Below, in pieces: positions 11,543 to 24,748 of a DNA stretch of 64,000 nt. The translations under genes and the position numbers were made by a program. The DNA is from Nemertoderma westbladi (lineage: Eukaryota; Animalia; Xenacoelomorpha). The notes below the pieces were generated by a model. The model ran no database searches and had not been told where the DNA came from. It saw only the letters and a program-made list of their open reading frames with translations. Positions within the stretch are counted from its first letter, which is position 1. Every line of letters starts with the position of its first letter. The stretch lies in NCBI GenBank assembly GCA_032718475.1, contig JAUCBJ010001006.1, forward strand, positions 1 through 64,000, written 5' to 3'.

Positions 11543-14395
11543 GTGGAGGGTCCGGTTTTAGTTGAGGATGACGAAGACAACGAGGAACCCCAACTAGTTG
11601 ATCCCATTGTCGCTAAAAGAAATCGAGCAGCTCGGAAATGCGCTTTTACTAAGTTGTTCAACCAAATTACCAAACTTGTACATAGTAAAGGAAGCCGGTC
11701 CGCGCTTAGGTCACTCCTATACAAATTGGAAGAACGGGCTGTCGAATGTTTCGCAGCCCACAAATCTTATGTCAACTGCATTGCAGATGATGTAGACGCC
11801 GACATCACAGCTGACCGATGGTTATCATCGCTGAAAGATGCACACCAGTGGTGCGTGGAGACTGTAGAATTCTATTTAAATTCTCGTCATGGAGAACCTT
11901 CCTCTGTGGCTACCAGTCGAGTTTCTTCTCGTTTATCGAAACCTGCTAACAGTAATGCTTCTAAGTTGTCATTGGCGGCCCAACAGGAGGACCTGCTACA
12001 GGAACGTGAACTACAATTAGCTCAGTTTCAGCGCGATAGAGATCTACGAGCAAAGAAACGGGAACAGCAAAGACAGAATGAAGAACTTAAAGAGTCTCTA
12101 CAACTCCGTTCATTGTATAACAGTGTGGAACGTTCTCGCCTTTCTGTCAACCTGGAACAGAAAAGAGCTGTCCAGGAGGGACAGATGTATCTCGAGCAGA
12201 GACTTTTAGATTTCGATTGTGGCGTTCCTGCATTGGCTGGTGGCGTTCAAATACCAGCCAGTGGCGTTCATATATCAGCTGGTAGCATTCCTATATCAGC
12301 TGGTGCCGTTCTAACACCAGCTGGTGGTGTTCCTATACCAACTGGTGGCGTACCTATACCAACTGGTGGCGTACCTATGTCAGCTGGTGGCGCTCATATA
12401 CCAGTTAGTGGCGTTCCTATACTGGTTGGCGGTGTTCCTATACCATCTGATGGCGTTCCTATTCTCGCTGGTAGCGTTCCTCACCCAGTTGGTGGCGTTG
12501 CTACTAGCAGTGTCTCTACACCAGCTATAGGAGAATCCGTTTCGTTTTCTAAGCAATGTCTGTTTGTTCCTAGCTCGATGGATCATATGTCCATTATCAG
12601 TCAGCCTTTTCCAGATTTACATGTGTGCAATAACAATGTTAACAATCCATATACCCCTGTAAGTAATTATTTTTCTGGTGCTAATAATTCTCATTATAAT
12701 AGTCCTTATGATAATCACGTGTATAATTGTGAATGTGTCTCCAGTCAGGATCTACAGAGTCGTATAGGTTGTTTACCAGTAAATACTAATTGTGCAATTA
12801 ATTATTCTCGCCCATCCTCTTATGGTACACATTCTGTTATTAAGCCCACCACTTGGGATACAAGTTGTCCCGTTTTTGTACCAAACTGTCACACTACGTG
12901 TACCATTGTTAATGCGTCAACACCTCAGTGTATTTCTATTGGAGGGTTGGCCATGGGTGTGTGTGATAGACCCCCTGGGCCAAATGTTAGTGCGTGTAGG
13001 CGTAGGGTTGCATCCCAGGTAGGTGGGTTATTTAACGGGCTGGCTGTAGATGTACCAATCTATACTGGTACATCCGAAATTTATAATTCTAACTCACGAA
13101 ATTCTCAATCCTCAGCAGATGTTTGGATTGATGATTTAAATAACACATGAGTTAACAATTCTTTTACTAATAATTGTTTTAATAACTTTCCATACCAAGG
13201 ACCCATAGGTTTCCAACATTTAGCCAACCTAAAAATCGAGCCATTTGATGGTTCTCCCTTGAAGTGGCATGGTTTTATTGCCTCTTTTCATGCCCTTGTT
13301 AACACTCAGGTTTCATCTGATTCTATTCGTTTAGCAATTCTTAGAAATCATTTGACACCTGAATCAGAGAGAGTGTAGCTTCTACAGTACTATTAACGAC
13401 CCTGATTTATATCGGGAGACATTACAAGAATTACGCCGTATTTATGGTGACTGTGACTTAATAGCTGTGGCATACATAGAGCAACTACGAAAAATTCCGT
13501 TTGTTAAGGCTAATGATATGAATTCTTTAAAGTCATTTTCCTTAAAACTTCATGGTTCGGTATCAGCCCTGGAGAAATGTGGATACACTGCCGATATTAC
13601 ATTAGCTAATAATGTAAGGGATTTAGTTCAAAAACTTGTTCAAAACCAATTATATGCAAAATTAATGGGGCAAATGGGTTATTCTTATAAAACCTCGGCG
13701 CCCAACCTTAAAGGTGCTAGACAGTTGGATCATTGAGAGGTTGCAAAGTGCTCGTGTGGTAGAAAGTACATTACGGGCCAGTAGTAATAGTTATACCAGT
13801 AACCATGGCTTGTCCAATAACAAATCATTTCAAAATAAACCGCAATTTAACAGGCCTAAATCCAGTGCTCCAACTGTTTTTACACCTATATTATGGCTAC
13901 TGCCAGCAATAAAGTTAATTTTTCTGAAACACAGTCAAATAAGTATCAGAAATCGTCTAGTTTCGACTCGAGCCCACTTACTAAAGGCCATGTCCTAAAG
14001 GCTATGTCGGCTACTGCTTCTGTGGCTGAACACTGTTATTGTTGCGGCCAGTCCCATTTTCTTGAAAATTGTAACAATTTTAAATCATTAAGCCTAGCTG
14101 ACCGCATTGAGTTAGCCCTGGACAAATCCATGTGTTTTGTATGTCTCAAAGCAAAGCACCGCGCTGCAAATTGTAAAAAAGTAGACCCTTGTAATTTCGA
14201 TGGTTGTAAAAAACGCCATCACGTTTTATTACATGGAGCACCTAAGGTTTTTGGTGCTAAATCTTCTTCCCAAAATAAACAACACATAGGAACTACCTCA
14301 TTGAGAACATCCCCTAGCACTGTAGCATTACAGATTGTACCACTGCGGGTACGTTCTACAGGTAAAACTGTTGAAACTTTTGCTTTGTTAGATCC
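11543..14395 (+). pseudogene. D gag and protease N-terminus
   Basis: ORF 11543..13150, capsid-like IEPFDGSP at ~13235, three Cys/His knuckles in 13893..14432, ending at FALLD. Confidence 0.85.
12230..12500 (+). repeat. 21-bp tandem repeat encoding (GGVPIP[A/T/S])n in D gag
   Basis: About 13 units of GGTGGCGTTCCTATACCA-like sequence. Confidence 0.9.
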
Positions 14396-14499
14396 TTATC
14401 CTTATACCTTATATTTGAGATTATTCCTTTGATCATTATTCATTAAATGGTTGTTGTTGTTGTTGTGGCTGTACGTACTATACTGCTATACTCAGTTAT

Positions 14500-16090
14500 A
14501 TGGATACCGGTAGGCATTGTTCTGACTGCCAGAAGGCAGAATGTGCTTTAGATCCTGGAGGTAGGATAGTAACTACTAGGCCTATTCCTAAAAACTCTCA
14601 TTCTAATCTCGACACTTTTGAGGGCAGACTGCTCTGTCAAAGTTGTAAACTGAAGCGCGGAGAACGGCTAACTCCTACAGCTGAAGCTATGTGTGTGGGC
14701 AACCGTGACCCACCTAACGCCAACAGCGTTCTGGAAGACGATTCCTCAGACGAGGATGAGCTGTCTCAACTTGATCCTGCCACTTCCAGGCTGGAGTCAG
14801 TTGGTCTATCGACCGACAATACGGAAAATCCAAAAGTTATTTGCGAGCTGCTATGTTTTGTGCAGTTTCAAATTTCCTCAATGGACAAAACATCTCTCAT
14901 TTCGGTTGTTTCAAATTTTTACTCCCTCTCGGAGGTAGTGGCTGCCAAAAGACTCCTCTTTGATGAAGCGGGTAAATGTGCATCCGCCGATCGTCCTCTG
15001 CCTGCGTGGGTGGGTCTGATGGGTAATAAAAAGAAAAAGGCCCACATTAATGATATATTTAATCTGTTCAATGAGAGCGCTTTTATAGATATCCCCACGA
15101 GACCTATATTTGTTGCGCTAAACACTTCTCGTCTACCCCCTTCCGATAATTCGTCGGCTAAGGCAGCAGTTAGGGACGAAGAAGTTTGTGACCTACGGGA
15201 TCTGGTTATTTCGCTAAAAGAGAAGGTTTTGATCCACGACTCCCTATTGACCTCTTCTGTCTGTAGTCGGGAGGATTACTTGAAGCTAAAGCACTTTGTT
15301 TTAAGTAACAACTCAGTCAACGTTGTGTCTGCTGGGGGAACTCCTGGGTCAACTACCGTGTGGAAACACCAAGTCGCTCCTCCTACTCCGCCAGTGATCC
15401 TCGTTGATGGGGATACGGCTACGGCGGACGGTCTGGATAAAGCCCCGCTCCGGGCACACAGGGATACTCCGGGACCGGCTCCCGGCAATTACCCCCGCTC
15501 CAGAACCGGCGGACCTCCGCAAGGTTATCGCTCAAGTGAAGTTGGCGCCAACGTCTCGCTCCGCTCTCGGTCCACTGTACTCAACCATGAACTACCTTTA
15601 CATTCAGGTTCTACTGGCGGTAATACCGCAGCCGATTCTAATATTGATGAGGATGGATTTCGTCTCGTCCGTAATAAAAAGAAACGTGCGGCTCCGCGAT
15701 TTGGGACAGGCGACTTCTCGTCCGGGGATTTTGCTGATCTCTCGCTGGGCTCACCCTCTCGTTCTAAAGAGGTTCCAGAAAGGAAGGGATCAAATATTCG
15801 TATCGCGATTTAAGCCGCATGTATCTGCTGACTTGGTTAAAAACTTCTTATCTGATAAACTTAACGTAGAAGTGGATGTTGTTGAGAATCCAAATAAAAT
15901 CAACAATTCGTATAACTCCTTTATTGTAAGCCCACCTGATGAGTCTTCCTTCTCTACACTCCTACAGTTGGATTCATGGCCAAAGGGTATAATTGTCAAG
16001 CGCTTTTGGCCTGCGCCGCGATCCGGCATCGCCAAACTGACTTCCTCACCGCCTTCGACCCGCAGGGTGGGTGAGTCACCAGTAGCCTGA
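14500..16090 (+). pseudogene. LINE ORF1 with one frameshift near 15795
   Basis: Cys-rich N-terminus, ELLCF..FYS..EVVAAK..L block, and an RRM-like C-terminus (IFVSRF..SF..WPKG..VKRF) in the second frame. Confidence 0.75.
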
Positions 16091-16190
16091 TAGGTTGCTG
16101 ATATGGTTCTGCTTTATATACACAGTATAACTTTTGCTCTCATATACTCTAGAGTTAAACTCATCATTGATCATAAACTTAACATTAACA

Positions 16191-19019
16191 ATGGCTATCC
16201 TAAACTCACTTAGAATATGCACTTATAACTGCAGTGGCCTGAATAATAACCCGGATGTCATTAAGGCTTTATGTGACTCGCATGACGTCGTTTTTTTACA
16301 GGAAACCTGGTTGGTGAAGCAAAAACTGCCCAAATTAAATTCGCTCCATAATGACTTTTTTAGTTCGGGTGTATCTTCCGTCGATTTGGCTGATGGTCCA
16401 TTGGTCGGCCGTCCTTTTGGCGGGTTGGCTGTTTTATGGCGCAAACATTTATCCAGTTCAATAAATATAGTCAATATTAATGAAAGAATTATTGGTTGTA
16501 ATATTAAAAGTACTGACGGTTCTAGCACTCTGTTAGTGAATGTTTATATGCCTTGTGAATCCGTTGATAATTTAGATTTGTATCTAGAGTTATTAGGTGA
16601 ATGTTCTGCGTACATTGCTGAGCACCCAGGTTCTAAATGTGCTATTTTGGGAGACTTTAATACTGCTCCCGATCGACCTTTTGGTAATGAACTGAAATTA
16701 TTTTGTGATTGTTTTTCATTGATATGGTCTGATTTACATATTCTACCCGATGACACTTTTTCATTTACCAGCCATGTACATGGCACAGTGTCGTGGTTAG
16801 ACCACATCGTTTCCACCGCCGACTTTCATTCATCTATTAGTAATATTACTGTCCTGCGTGATCTTGTTTATGATGAACATTTACCCATCTCAGTGACTGT
16901 ATCTTTGCTGCTTAGTGCGTCCACACCTGGCAGTAGCAATAAGGTCACTTTTTCCAATAACGCAACGTGGGATAAAGCCAGCAGTGAAAATATTTCAAAA
17001 TATTCTCAAACTGTTGATGAACAACTACGTTTATTACAGTTACCCCTTTCTGCTTTAACTTGTTGTGATATTCATTGTGAGAATATTAACTCTGTAGAAA
17101 ATTGTGAGAAAATGTCGCTAAATTCGTGTTATACTGATACTATTAATATTCTACATAGCTGTACATCAAAATTTATTCCTCAGAAAAGGGGTAATTCAGT
17201 CTCCAATTGCATTCCTGGTTGGAATGAGTTTGTAAAAGAAAAGCGGGCTGCAGCGCAGGAGGCTTTTCATATTTGGTGCGAACAAGGGCGGCCTAGGTTT
17301 GGGCTTGTTTGGGAGGTAAAGAAAAAAACGGCCGCGCAATTTAAATTGGCTCTCCGAAATTGCAAACGGGAGGAAGGTGCTTTGCGAGCTGATCGCCTAG
17401 CGGCTTCTTTTATTAACTCCAGAAAAGATTTTTGGAGTTCAATAAAGAAAGCAACAACTATTAAAATGGGTTTAGCAACCTCTGTCAGCTCCGCCCACAC
17501 TGAGGAAGAAATTGCCGATTTATTCAAATCTAATTATTATTATATTTTTAATTCAGTCCCTGTATCTGAAATTGACTCTACTTTTGTGCAGTGTAAGTTT
17601 TCTGAATGGGACGGCTCCAATAATGTCCATATTTCTGCTGATAAGGTGAAAGAAGCCATCAACGGTCTGCAGTGTGGAAAGGCTGCCGGGCCTGATGGCA
17701 TCTTCCCTGAAAGTTATATTTTTGGCGGAAACCTGTTGCCAGTAATTTTGTGTTTATTGTTCAATTCTTTTATAACTCATGGGTTTTTGCCTCAATCGTT
17801 AATTAATTCTAGTTTGTTGCCTATTATCAAAGATAAAAACACTAGTATAAGTGAACGTTCGAATTACCGACCCATAGCCAAAGCTACAGCTGGTTCTAAG
17901 GTTTTGGAAACGTGTCTGCATCGGCTCGTTGCCATGCATTCCAATATATCCGACAACCAGTTTGGCTTTGCTGAGGGCCTAGGTACAGAAATGTGTATTT
18001 TTGCCTTAAAACAAACAATTCACTTATACATTAGTAAAGACTCACCTGTGTATACTGCTTTCTTAGACGCCTCGAAAGCGTTCGACTGCGTCAATCATAG
18101 TAAACTTTTTCGAAAGCTAATTGAACTTGGTGTATCTATTGGTATTGTAAGACTCTTGGCCTTTTGGTATTCCCATCAACTAATTTATATTAGCTGGGGT
18201 TCTGCTTCTTCCGGTGCATTTTTGGTTTCAAATGGTGTACGTCAAGGAAGTTTGCTCAGCCCCCTCTTATTTAACATTTATATGAATGACTTAAGTGTAG
18301 AACTAAACAAATCTAATGTTGGTTGTAAAGTTGGAAAGAGTCTTTTAAATCACTTGTTTTACGCAGATGACCTGTGTTTACTGTCGCCGAGTATTTTTGG
18401 GTTACGTGCACTAGTCAAGATATGTGAGCATTACGGCGCTAAATTTGATATTTTGTTCAATCCACTCAAATCACACTGTTTGTATTTCATGCCCTATCAT
18501 TTTCACCGTGCAGGCGACATCTATCTCAATGGAAAACCGTTAGACTGTGTTAAGCAGGTTTCTTACTTGGGACACATTATAAGCTGTGACCTTTCTGATG
18601 AAGCAGACATGAATAAAGTTAAATCTTCTTTATTTTGTCGAGGTAATTTGTTAGTTAGAAATTTCTCTCGGTGTTCTCTTGGTGTTAAATTATGTTTGTT
18701 CAAAACTTATTGCTACAGTTTATATTGCTGCTCTTTGTGGTCTATTTTCCGTGTTCAAACTTTGCGACAAGTGAAAGTAGCCTATAACATGTGTTTTCGT
18801 CTGTTGTTTAAATACTCACGCAGTGACGATGCAGACACAATTTTTGTTAATAATAGAGTAAACACCTTTAAGGCCATTACGCGCAAATCTATATTTTCCT
18901 TGTTAAATAGAGTAAATAACTCAGGTAATACGCTAATTGGTGCTATCATAACTAATTTTTCAGTGAACTCTGTTCTGATTGATCGGTGGCACAAGGTGCT
19001 TGATCCAAGTTTAACGTAA
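16191..19019 (+). CDS. Intact LINE ORF2 (APE endonuclease-reverse transcriptase)
   Basis: Motifs TYNC, LQETW, GDFN, LDH, NQFGF, FLDASKAFD, GVRQG, YADD, YLG. Uninterrupted, ~942 aa. Confidence 0.93.
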   Translation: MAILNSLRICTYNCSGLNNNPDVIKALCDSHDVVFLQETWLVKQKLPKLNSLHNDFFSSGVSSVDLADGPLVGRPFGGLAVLWRKHLSSSINIVNINERIIGCNIKSTDGSSTLLVNVYMPCESVDNLDLYLELLGECSAYIAEHPGSKCAILGDFNTAPDRPFGNELKLFCDCFSLIWSDLHILPDDTFSFTSHVHGTVSWLDHIVSTADFHSSISNITVLRDLVYDEHLPISVTVSLLLSASTPGSSNKVTFSNNATWDKASSENISKYSQTVDEQLRLLQLPLSALTCCDIHCENINSVENCEKMSLNSCYTDTINILHSCTSKFIPQKRGNSVSNCIPGWNEFVKEKRAAAQEAFHIWCEQGRPRFGLVWEVKKKTAAQFKLALRNCKREEGALRADRLAASFINSRKDFWSSIKKATTIKMGLATSVSSAHTEEEIADLFKSNYYYIFNSVPVSEIDSTFVQCKFSEWDGSNNVHISADKVKEAINGLQCGKAAGPDGIFPESYIFGGNLLPVILCLLFNSFITHGFLPQSLINSSLLPIIKDKNTSISERSNYRPIAKATAGSKVLETCLHRLVAMHSNISDNQFGFAEGLGTEMCIFALKQTIHLYISKDSPVYTAFLDASKAFDCVNHSKLFRKLIELGVSIGIVRLLAFWYSHQLIYISWGSASSGAFLVSNGVRQGSLLSPLLFNIYMNDLSVELNKSNVGCKVGKSLLNHLFYADDLCLLSPSIFGLRALVKICEHYGAKFDILFNPLKSHCLYFMPYHFHRAGDIYLNGKPLDCVKQVSYLGHIISCDLSDEADMNKVKSSLFCRGNLLVRNFSRCSLGVKLCLFKTYCYSLYCCSLWSIFRVQTLRQVKVAYNMCFRLLFKYSRSDDADTIFVNNRVNTFKAITRKSIFSLLNRVNNSGNTLIGAIITNFSVNSVLIDRWHKVLDPSLT

Positions 19020-19182
19020 TTATCGTATTCGGAATACATTGTTAATTTTCCTTTATTCTCGTATTTGGTGTAATTCTACTTTAATGTGCTGTGCTGTATT
19101 TCTCAAATTTAGTTTAGTTAGTTCTGCCTTGTATGTACAATGGATCATTTGTGTCCGAGATTATAAATTAAAATAAAATAAA

Positions 19183-22100
19183 TAGATCCCTGTAGCCAGA
19201 TCTCTGCGGTTTGTGAAGATCTAGCTAACAAACTGGATCTTAAGGGTGAGCAAAAACCATTGAAAATCGGCACTATTAATTCAGATGGAGAAACTTTAAA
19301 AACCTTATTAAGCTCCATTGATGTTCTACCTGTAAATAGTGAGTCTGTATTTCCTGTCCCACGGACTTGGGTTTTATCCAAGTTAAATATCACAAATCGG
19401 CGTTTTGATTGGCCCAAGATTAAATCTTCCTGGAGTCATTTATCTGATCTAGATCTTCCAGCTGTAGATTCAAATAAAGTAGGCGTCCTGTTGGGTGCTG
19501 ATGTCTTTGATGTAATTCGTCAACTCGATTATCGTCCCGGCCCTTCTGGCTCCCCTTTGGCAGTTTTGACTAATTTTGGGTGGATTTGTACTTCTACCGT
19601 ACCTCTTCATCCCCTTTCTGATGATGAATGCCAGCATATCATGCATGTCCGTTATTTAGACTCCCGTCCAGGTGCTGATGCTTGTGCAGACATTGACTGT
19701 TCTTTAGAGACTTTACTCACACGATTCTGGAATACTGATTCATTCGGTGTTAATCCCTGTAAATCTTTGCCTATAAATCATGAGGAAGCTACTGCTCGTG
19801 ATATGCTTGAGTCTAACACACGCCATACAGGTGAACGATATGAAACCAGTTTACTTTGGAGATCCCCTACCATCCAATTGCCCAATAATAAACGAACAGC
19901 TATTAGGTGCCTTCAGGCTACTGAAAAACGTCTTAATCGTAATCCAATTTTACATAAACGTTACCATGAAACCTTTCAAGGATACATAAATAAAGGTTTT
20001 GCCGTAAAGGTTGACATTGATGAACCTGATCCACCTGGTAGAATATGGTATCTCCCTCCTCACCCAGTATTAAATCCCAACAAACCTGATAAGGTACGCA
20101 TCGTTTTCAATGCTTCGGCTAAGGAGCATGGTGTTTCTCTAAACGACTGCCTGCTTAAAGGACCTGATTATCTTGCCAGTCTTGTGGGTGTTTTACTTAG
20201 ATTTAGAGAAAGATTGATTGCAATATCTGGAGATATCACTGCCATGTACCACCAAGTTGCTGTCAAACGCAAAGACCAGGATGCCTTGAGATTTCTTTGG
20301 GGTGGTCCAAGCCATGCTAAGCCTCCTGGGGTGTATCGTATGGTACGTGAAATATCTGGGGCTATATCTTCATCATCATCCTGCTTCTTTGCACTTATTC
20401 GTACAGCATGAGATTTCTGTTTAGAATTTTCTTTTACCAGCCTCTAAAGTCGAAATCTGTTTCTATGCAGATAATTATTTTGATTCTTGCGACACCTCTG
20501 AGGAAGCCATCACCCTTGTCAAGAGCATGGTAGAGCTCTTATCTAAGGGTGGGTTCCATCTGGGCCAATGGATATATTCTTCCTATGAAGTTCTTTCAGT
20601 GATACCAAAGGGGGATCGAGCAGATCCCTTACTTGATTTAGATGTTGATGAACTCCCTGTTGAACGTGCTATAGGTGTCAAGTGGAACTGTTCAACTGAC
20701 CTTTTTTGTCTTCTACACTAAGATCATCGACCTTAGTTATACCATGAGGAATGTTCTAAGACAATCATCGTCATTATTTGATCCTTTAGGATTCTTCACA
20801 CCATTCTTGCTTATTGTTAAGGTCCTAATGCAAGAGATGTGGAGGAGACGTCTGTCATGGGATGATCCACTTCCTGATGATCTGGTAGTTCGATGGGAGC
20901 ATTGGTTATCTCTGAGCTCCATCTTCTTGAAAAAGTTCACATACCTTGTTGTTATTTTCCCAGATCGCAACAACTCCAGAACACTCAGTTACATGTTTTT
21001 GGTGACGCCTCTACTGTTGGCTTTGGTGCTGTGGCTTTCCTTAGGGGTAGATATTCTACCAGTGATATTAGGGTAGCTAGCCTTTGTTATGTCGAAGTCT
21101 CGTGTCGCCCCAGTCAAGGCTTTGTTGGTTCCACGCCTTGAGCAGAGGCTGTCTAAGTTAATTACAACCGAACTTAGAATCCATGTTGATAAATTTATAT
21201 ATTGGTGTGATTCCACTACCGCTCTTCAATGGATACTTTCTCGCAGGTGCAAATATAATGAGTTTGTAGCCAATCGTGTTGGAGAAATCCTCCATGTGTC
21301 AGATTGTGACCAGTGGCGCCATGTCCCTGGAATTCTAATCCTGCTGATCATTGTAGTCGAGGTCTTCTCTTGTCTGAACTCCACTCTGACCATCCTTGGT
21401 TTCAAGGTCCAGATTATCTAAGATCCCCTGCAAATCAGTGGCCAGCCAGCTTATCAATCCCTGATAACCCAGTTGAAGGTGATCCTGAAGTCAAGGCAGT
21501 ATATGCTGTCCATGTTGCTGAATCCTTTACTTTAGAATTTGTATCAAAGTTGTCATCCTTATCTAGAGCCCAACGGGTCCTTGCTTGGGTATTTAGGTTT
21601 ATCCAAAACTGTCAAAACAAGGTTCATCAGCATTCTACTCTGAGTGTTTCAGAACTCAGGTATTTATTAAATTATATGATCAAGTCTGTACAAAATTCCT
21701 TTTACTCCAATGAGATTGCCAATTTATCCAATGGGAACCCCGTTGGAAAAGATAGCTCTTTGTTGACATTGCTTCCCAAATTGGATGAAGATGGTTTACT
21801 CAGAGTTGGTGGCCATATTTCGAAGTCTGACCTCCCTAATTCTGTATGCCACCCTATTATTCTCTGTAACAATTGTAGGTTTACTGATCTTGCTATTCTA
21901 AATACTCACAAGATAGTTTTTCACGAAGGAGAAGATCATACCTTAAATAATTTAAGACAAACCTACTTGGTTCCTAAAGCAAGATCTTTGATTCGTAAGC
22001 TTTTATTTCATTGTACATTTTGTAAGAAACGTCGCTCGAATTTCACTGAAGTCAAGGCAGTATATGCTGTCCATGTTGCTGAATCCTTTACTTTCGAATT

Positions 22101-23560
22101 TGTATCAAAGTTGTCATCCTTATCTAGAGCCCAACGGGTCCTTGCTTGGGTATTTAGGTTTATCCAAAACTGTCAAAACAAGGTTCATCAGCATTCTACT
22201 CTGAGTGTTTCAGAACTCAGGTATTTATTAAATTATATGATCAAGTCTGTACAAAATTCCTTTTACTCCAATGAGATTGCCAATTTATCCAATGGGAACC
22301 CCGTTGGAAAAGATAGCTCTTTGTTGACATTGCTTCCCAAATTGGATGAAGATGGTTTACTCAGAGTTGGTGGCCATATTTCGAAGTCTGACCTCCCTAA
22401 TTCTGTATGCCACCCTATTATTCTCTGTAACAATTGTAGGTTTACTGATCTTGCTATTCTAAATACTCACAAGATAGTTTTTCACGAAGGAGAAGATCAT
22501 ACCTTAAATAATTTAAGACAAACCTACTTGGTTCCTAAAGCAAGATCTTTGATTCGTAAGCTTTTATTTCATTGTACATTTTGTAAGAAACGTCGAGCTA
22601 GGCCTGTTGCTCCTCTTATGGCTGCTTTACCCCGGCCGCGATTGTCTCCTATGACATTTCCATTCCGAAACATGGGTATAGACTATTTCGGTCCACTTTA
22701 TGTCCATCATCACAGAGAAACGTTATTGTCTTCTCGTAACTTGCCTTGTAACAAGGGCATTCCATTTAGAGATTGTCCATTCATACAGAACGGATATGGA
22801 TATGGAACATGGATACAGACAGTTTTCTTATGGGCTTTCGTAGAGTATTTGCCCATCGTGGTACCCCCGCTATTGGTTATAGTGATAAATAATGGCAGCA
22901 ATTTCACTAGTGGTGAAAAGGAACTCCGAGATTGCCTTGAAGTTCTTGATCAGTCTTCTATCAAAAATACTCTAGCTCAGAAAGGAATTACATGGCATTT
23001 TAATTCCCCTGCTGCACTACATTTTGGTGGTGTTTGGGAACGTCTGGTTAGATCCGCAAAGAAAGCTTTGAAAGTGAATCTTGGTAACCAGTTATCGAAA
23101 CAGTTATCGTTGAGGTCGAACATTTAATGAATAGTCGTCCACTCACGCATATTAGCATAGATCCTCATGAACAGAAGCAATAACACCGAACCACATCGTA
23201 CTTGGTTGTGGTATTCCCAATGTAGCCCCTGCTTTTGTCGATGATTCCGACATTGGCAGTAAGAAACGTTGGTTGTCTACTCAAGCTTTAATAAACAACT
23301 TCTGGAAACGATGGATGACTGAATATGTTCCATCTCAAATTGAACGTAAAATTTGGTTAAGAGATCGCAGAAACTTATGTCCTGGGGACATAGTTCTTGT
23401 TGTATTCTCGAACTCTCCATGAGGACATTGGCCTCTTGGTAAAGATTTGGAAACCTTTCCCGGGTCTGACTGAGTTGTCCGTTCCGTTAAGGTCTGTGCA
23501 AATGGAAAAGACTATACTCGACCCGCTGTAAAAGTATGCTTCTTAGAAGAGGCTAACAAT
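19183..23560 (+). pseudogene. D pol (PR remainder, RT, RNase H, integrase), frameshifted
   Basis: ORFs 19260..20411, 20675..21076 and 21313..23127 with Pao motifs. Confidence 0.9.
21485..22595 (+). repeat. 550-bp tandem duplication with an 11-bp filler (period 561)
   Basis: 21485-22034 is nearly identical to 22046-22595. Confidence 0.95.
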
Positions 23561-23605
23561 GAAAGAAATGTATAACTCCTCTTACATCGTAGTTAGGGCC
23601 GGCTT

Positions 23606-23937
23606 TGTTACAGCCGGTCTCATTTACCCACTTATTGTGCTATATCTGATATGTTATTCTACCTACCGGTCATTTCACAAACTGAATATATTATTAGCCA
23701 ATAGAAATAAGCCACCTTTATGTTTGGTATATATACCTATCTGTGTGTATCATTAGGTACTTCTATTGTGTAAACTCATTCTGCATTCTGTTCTTTGTTA
23801 GTTATAGTTCATTAGGCCTAGGTCTAGGTATCCATGTCTTCATCGTATGTAATGTAATATTATTGTTTAGACCTACCTACATCTGGAGACACATATGTAA
23901 CTCGTAACACTGTAACAAGTATCCATTAAATGTAACA
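23606..23937 (+). repeat. 3' LTR of D
   Basis: Inverted termini TGTTACA...TGTAACA just after the pol end and a G-rich tract. Confidence 0.7.
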
Positions 23938-24748
23938 TAAGTAACTTCGTTATTATACTTTCCGATTTTCTCAACTATATTGCGGAGAATGTCTGACAGG
24001 CCGACTTTTCTTGCTCACCCGGCTCTAAACGCAGTTCCGTCATTTCAAACTAATCCATCACCGCTCCATGAAAACAGTAAGTAAGACTGTTTTCACCAAT
24101 CAAAATATAAATTATTTACAAAATATTTCTTAGGTCTAATGGTGGGGCCTAAAATATAAAATAATCACTACCTAATTATTGCATGCTTATTATTGCAGGT
24201 ACAGCGTAAATACATTCTATCAAACATACAAAATACAAATGTTCCTTGCAGACCTGCCCACCGACCCCTCCCCCTCTAATGATTAACATGAACTCTTTTT
24301 ATTAAATAATTTTATTAATTTATTGCAGCGATATATTAATTGATTTTAAATCTTTACTCTATATGTTGGAATTAATAAAATTAAATGTCAAAATACAAAT
24401 TTACCAATTAACTTTAGTGCATACAATACAAAAAAGAGGGCTTTCGGTTATCAAAATAAACAAATTAAACTAATTAGAACAAATCAAAACAAATAATTTC
24501 AAAGCTTTCAATAATCTTTCATATATTACAAATATACATAATAAATTTTCCAAATTAAATCAGTCTAAATATAAACAAACATAATCGCTAATAATTTCCA
24601 AATAAGTCTTAAAGTGTCCTCCTGACGAGCTCAATAGTTTGTCCTGCTGGTTTGGATATCTTCTCCTGAGCGCTAATCGCTAACGGTAGGCTCGCAAGCC
24701 TTCCTTTCTCCATAATCTCTCTCTCTACGCTTTCGTTCCTCAACGCCT

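Larger units (their letters stand above)
14396..19182 (+). mobile_element. Full-length RTEX-like LINE inserted in the D protease
   Basis: ORF1 and ORF2, (TAAAA)n tail, 7-bp TSD TAGATCC at 14389-14395 and 19183-19189. Confidence 0.9.
11270..23937 (+). mobile_element. Element D: BEL/Pao retrotransposon, degraded, no 5' LTR visible
   Basis: Domain order gag-PR-RT-RH-IN with Pao motifs (WYLPPHPV..P.KPDKVRIVFNAS, FDPLG, HVFGDAS, WRHVPG, IDYFGP, GGVWERLV) and a 3' LTR. Confidence 0.9.

Noticed and set aside
24060-24260. Plus-strand host exons (GTAAGT, TTGCAG sites)
   Set aside because: No coherent ORF; the splice-like motifs are in AT-rich sequence.
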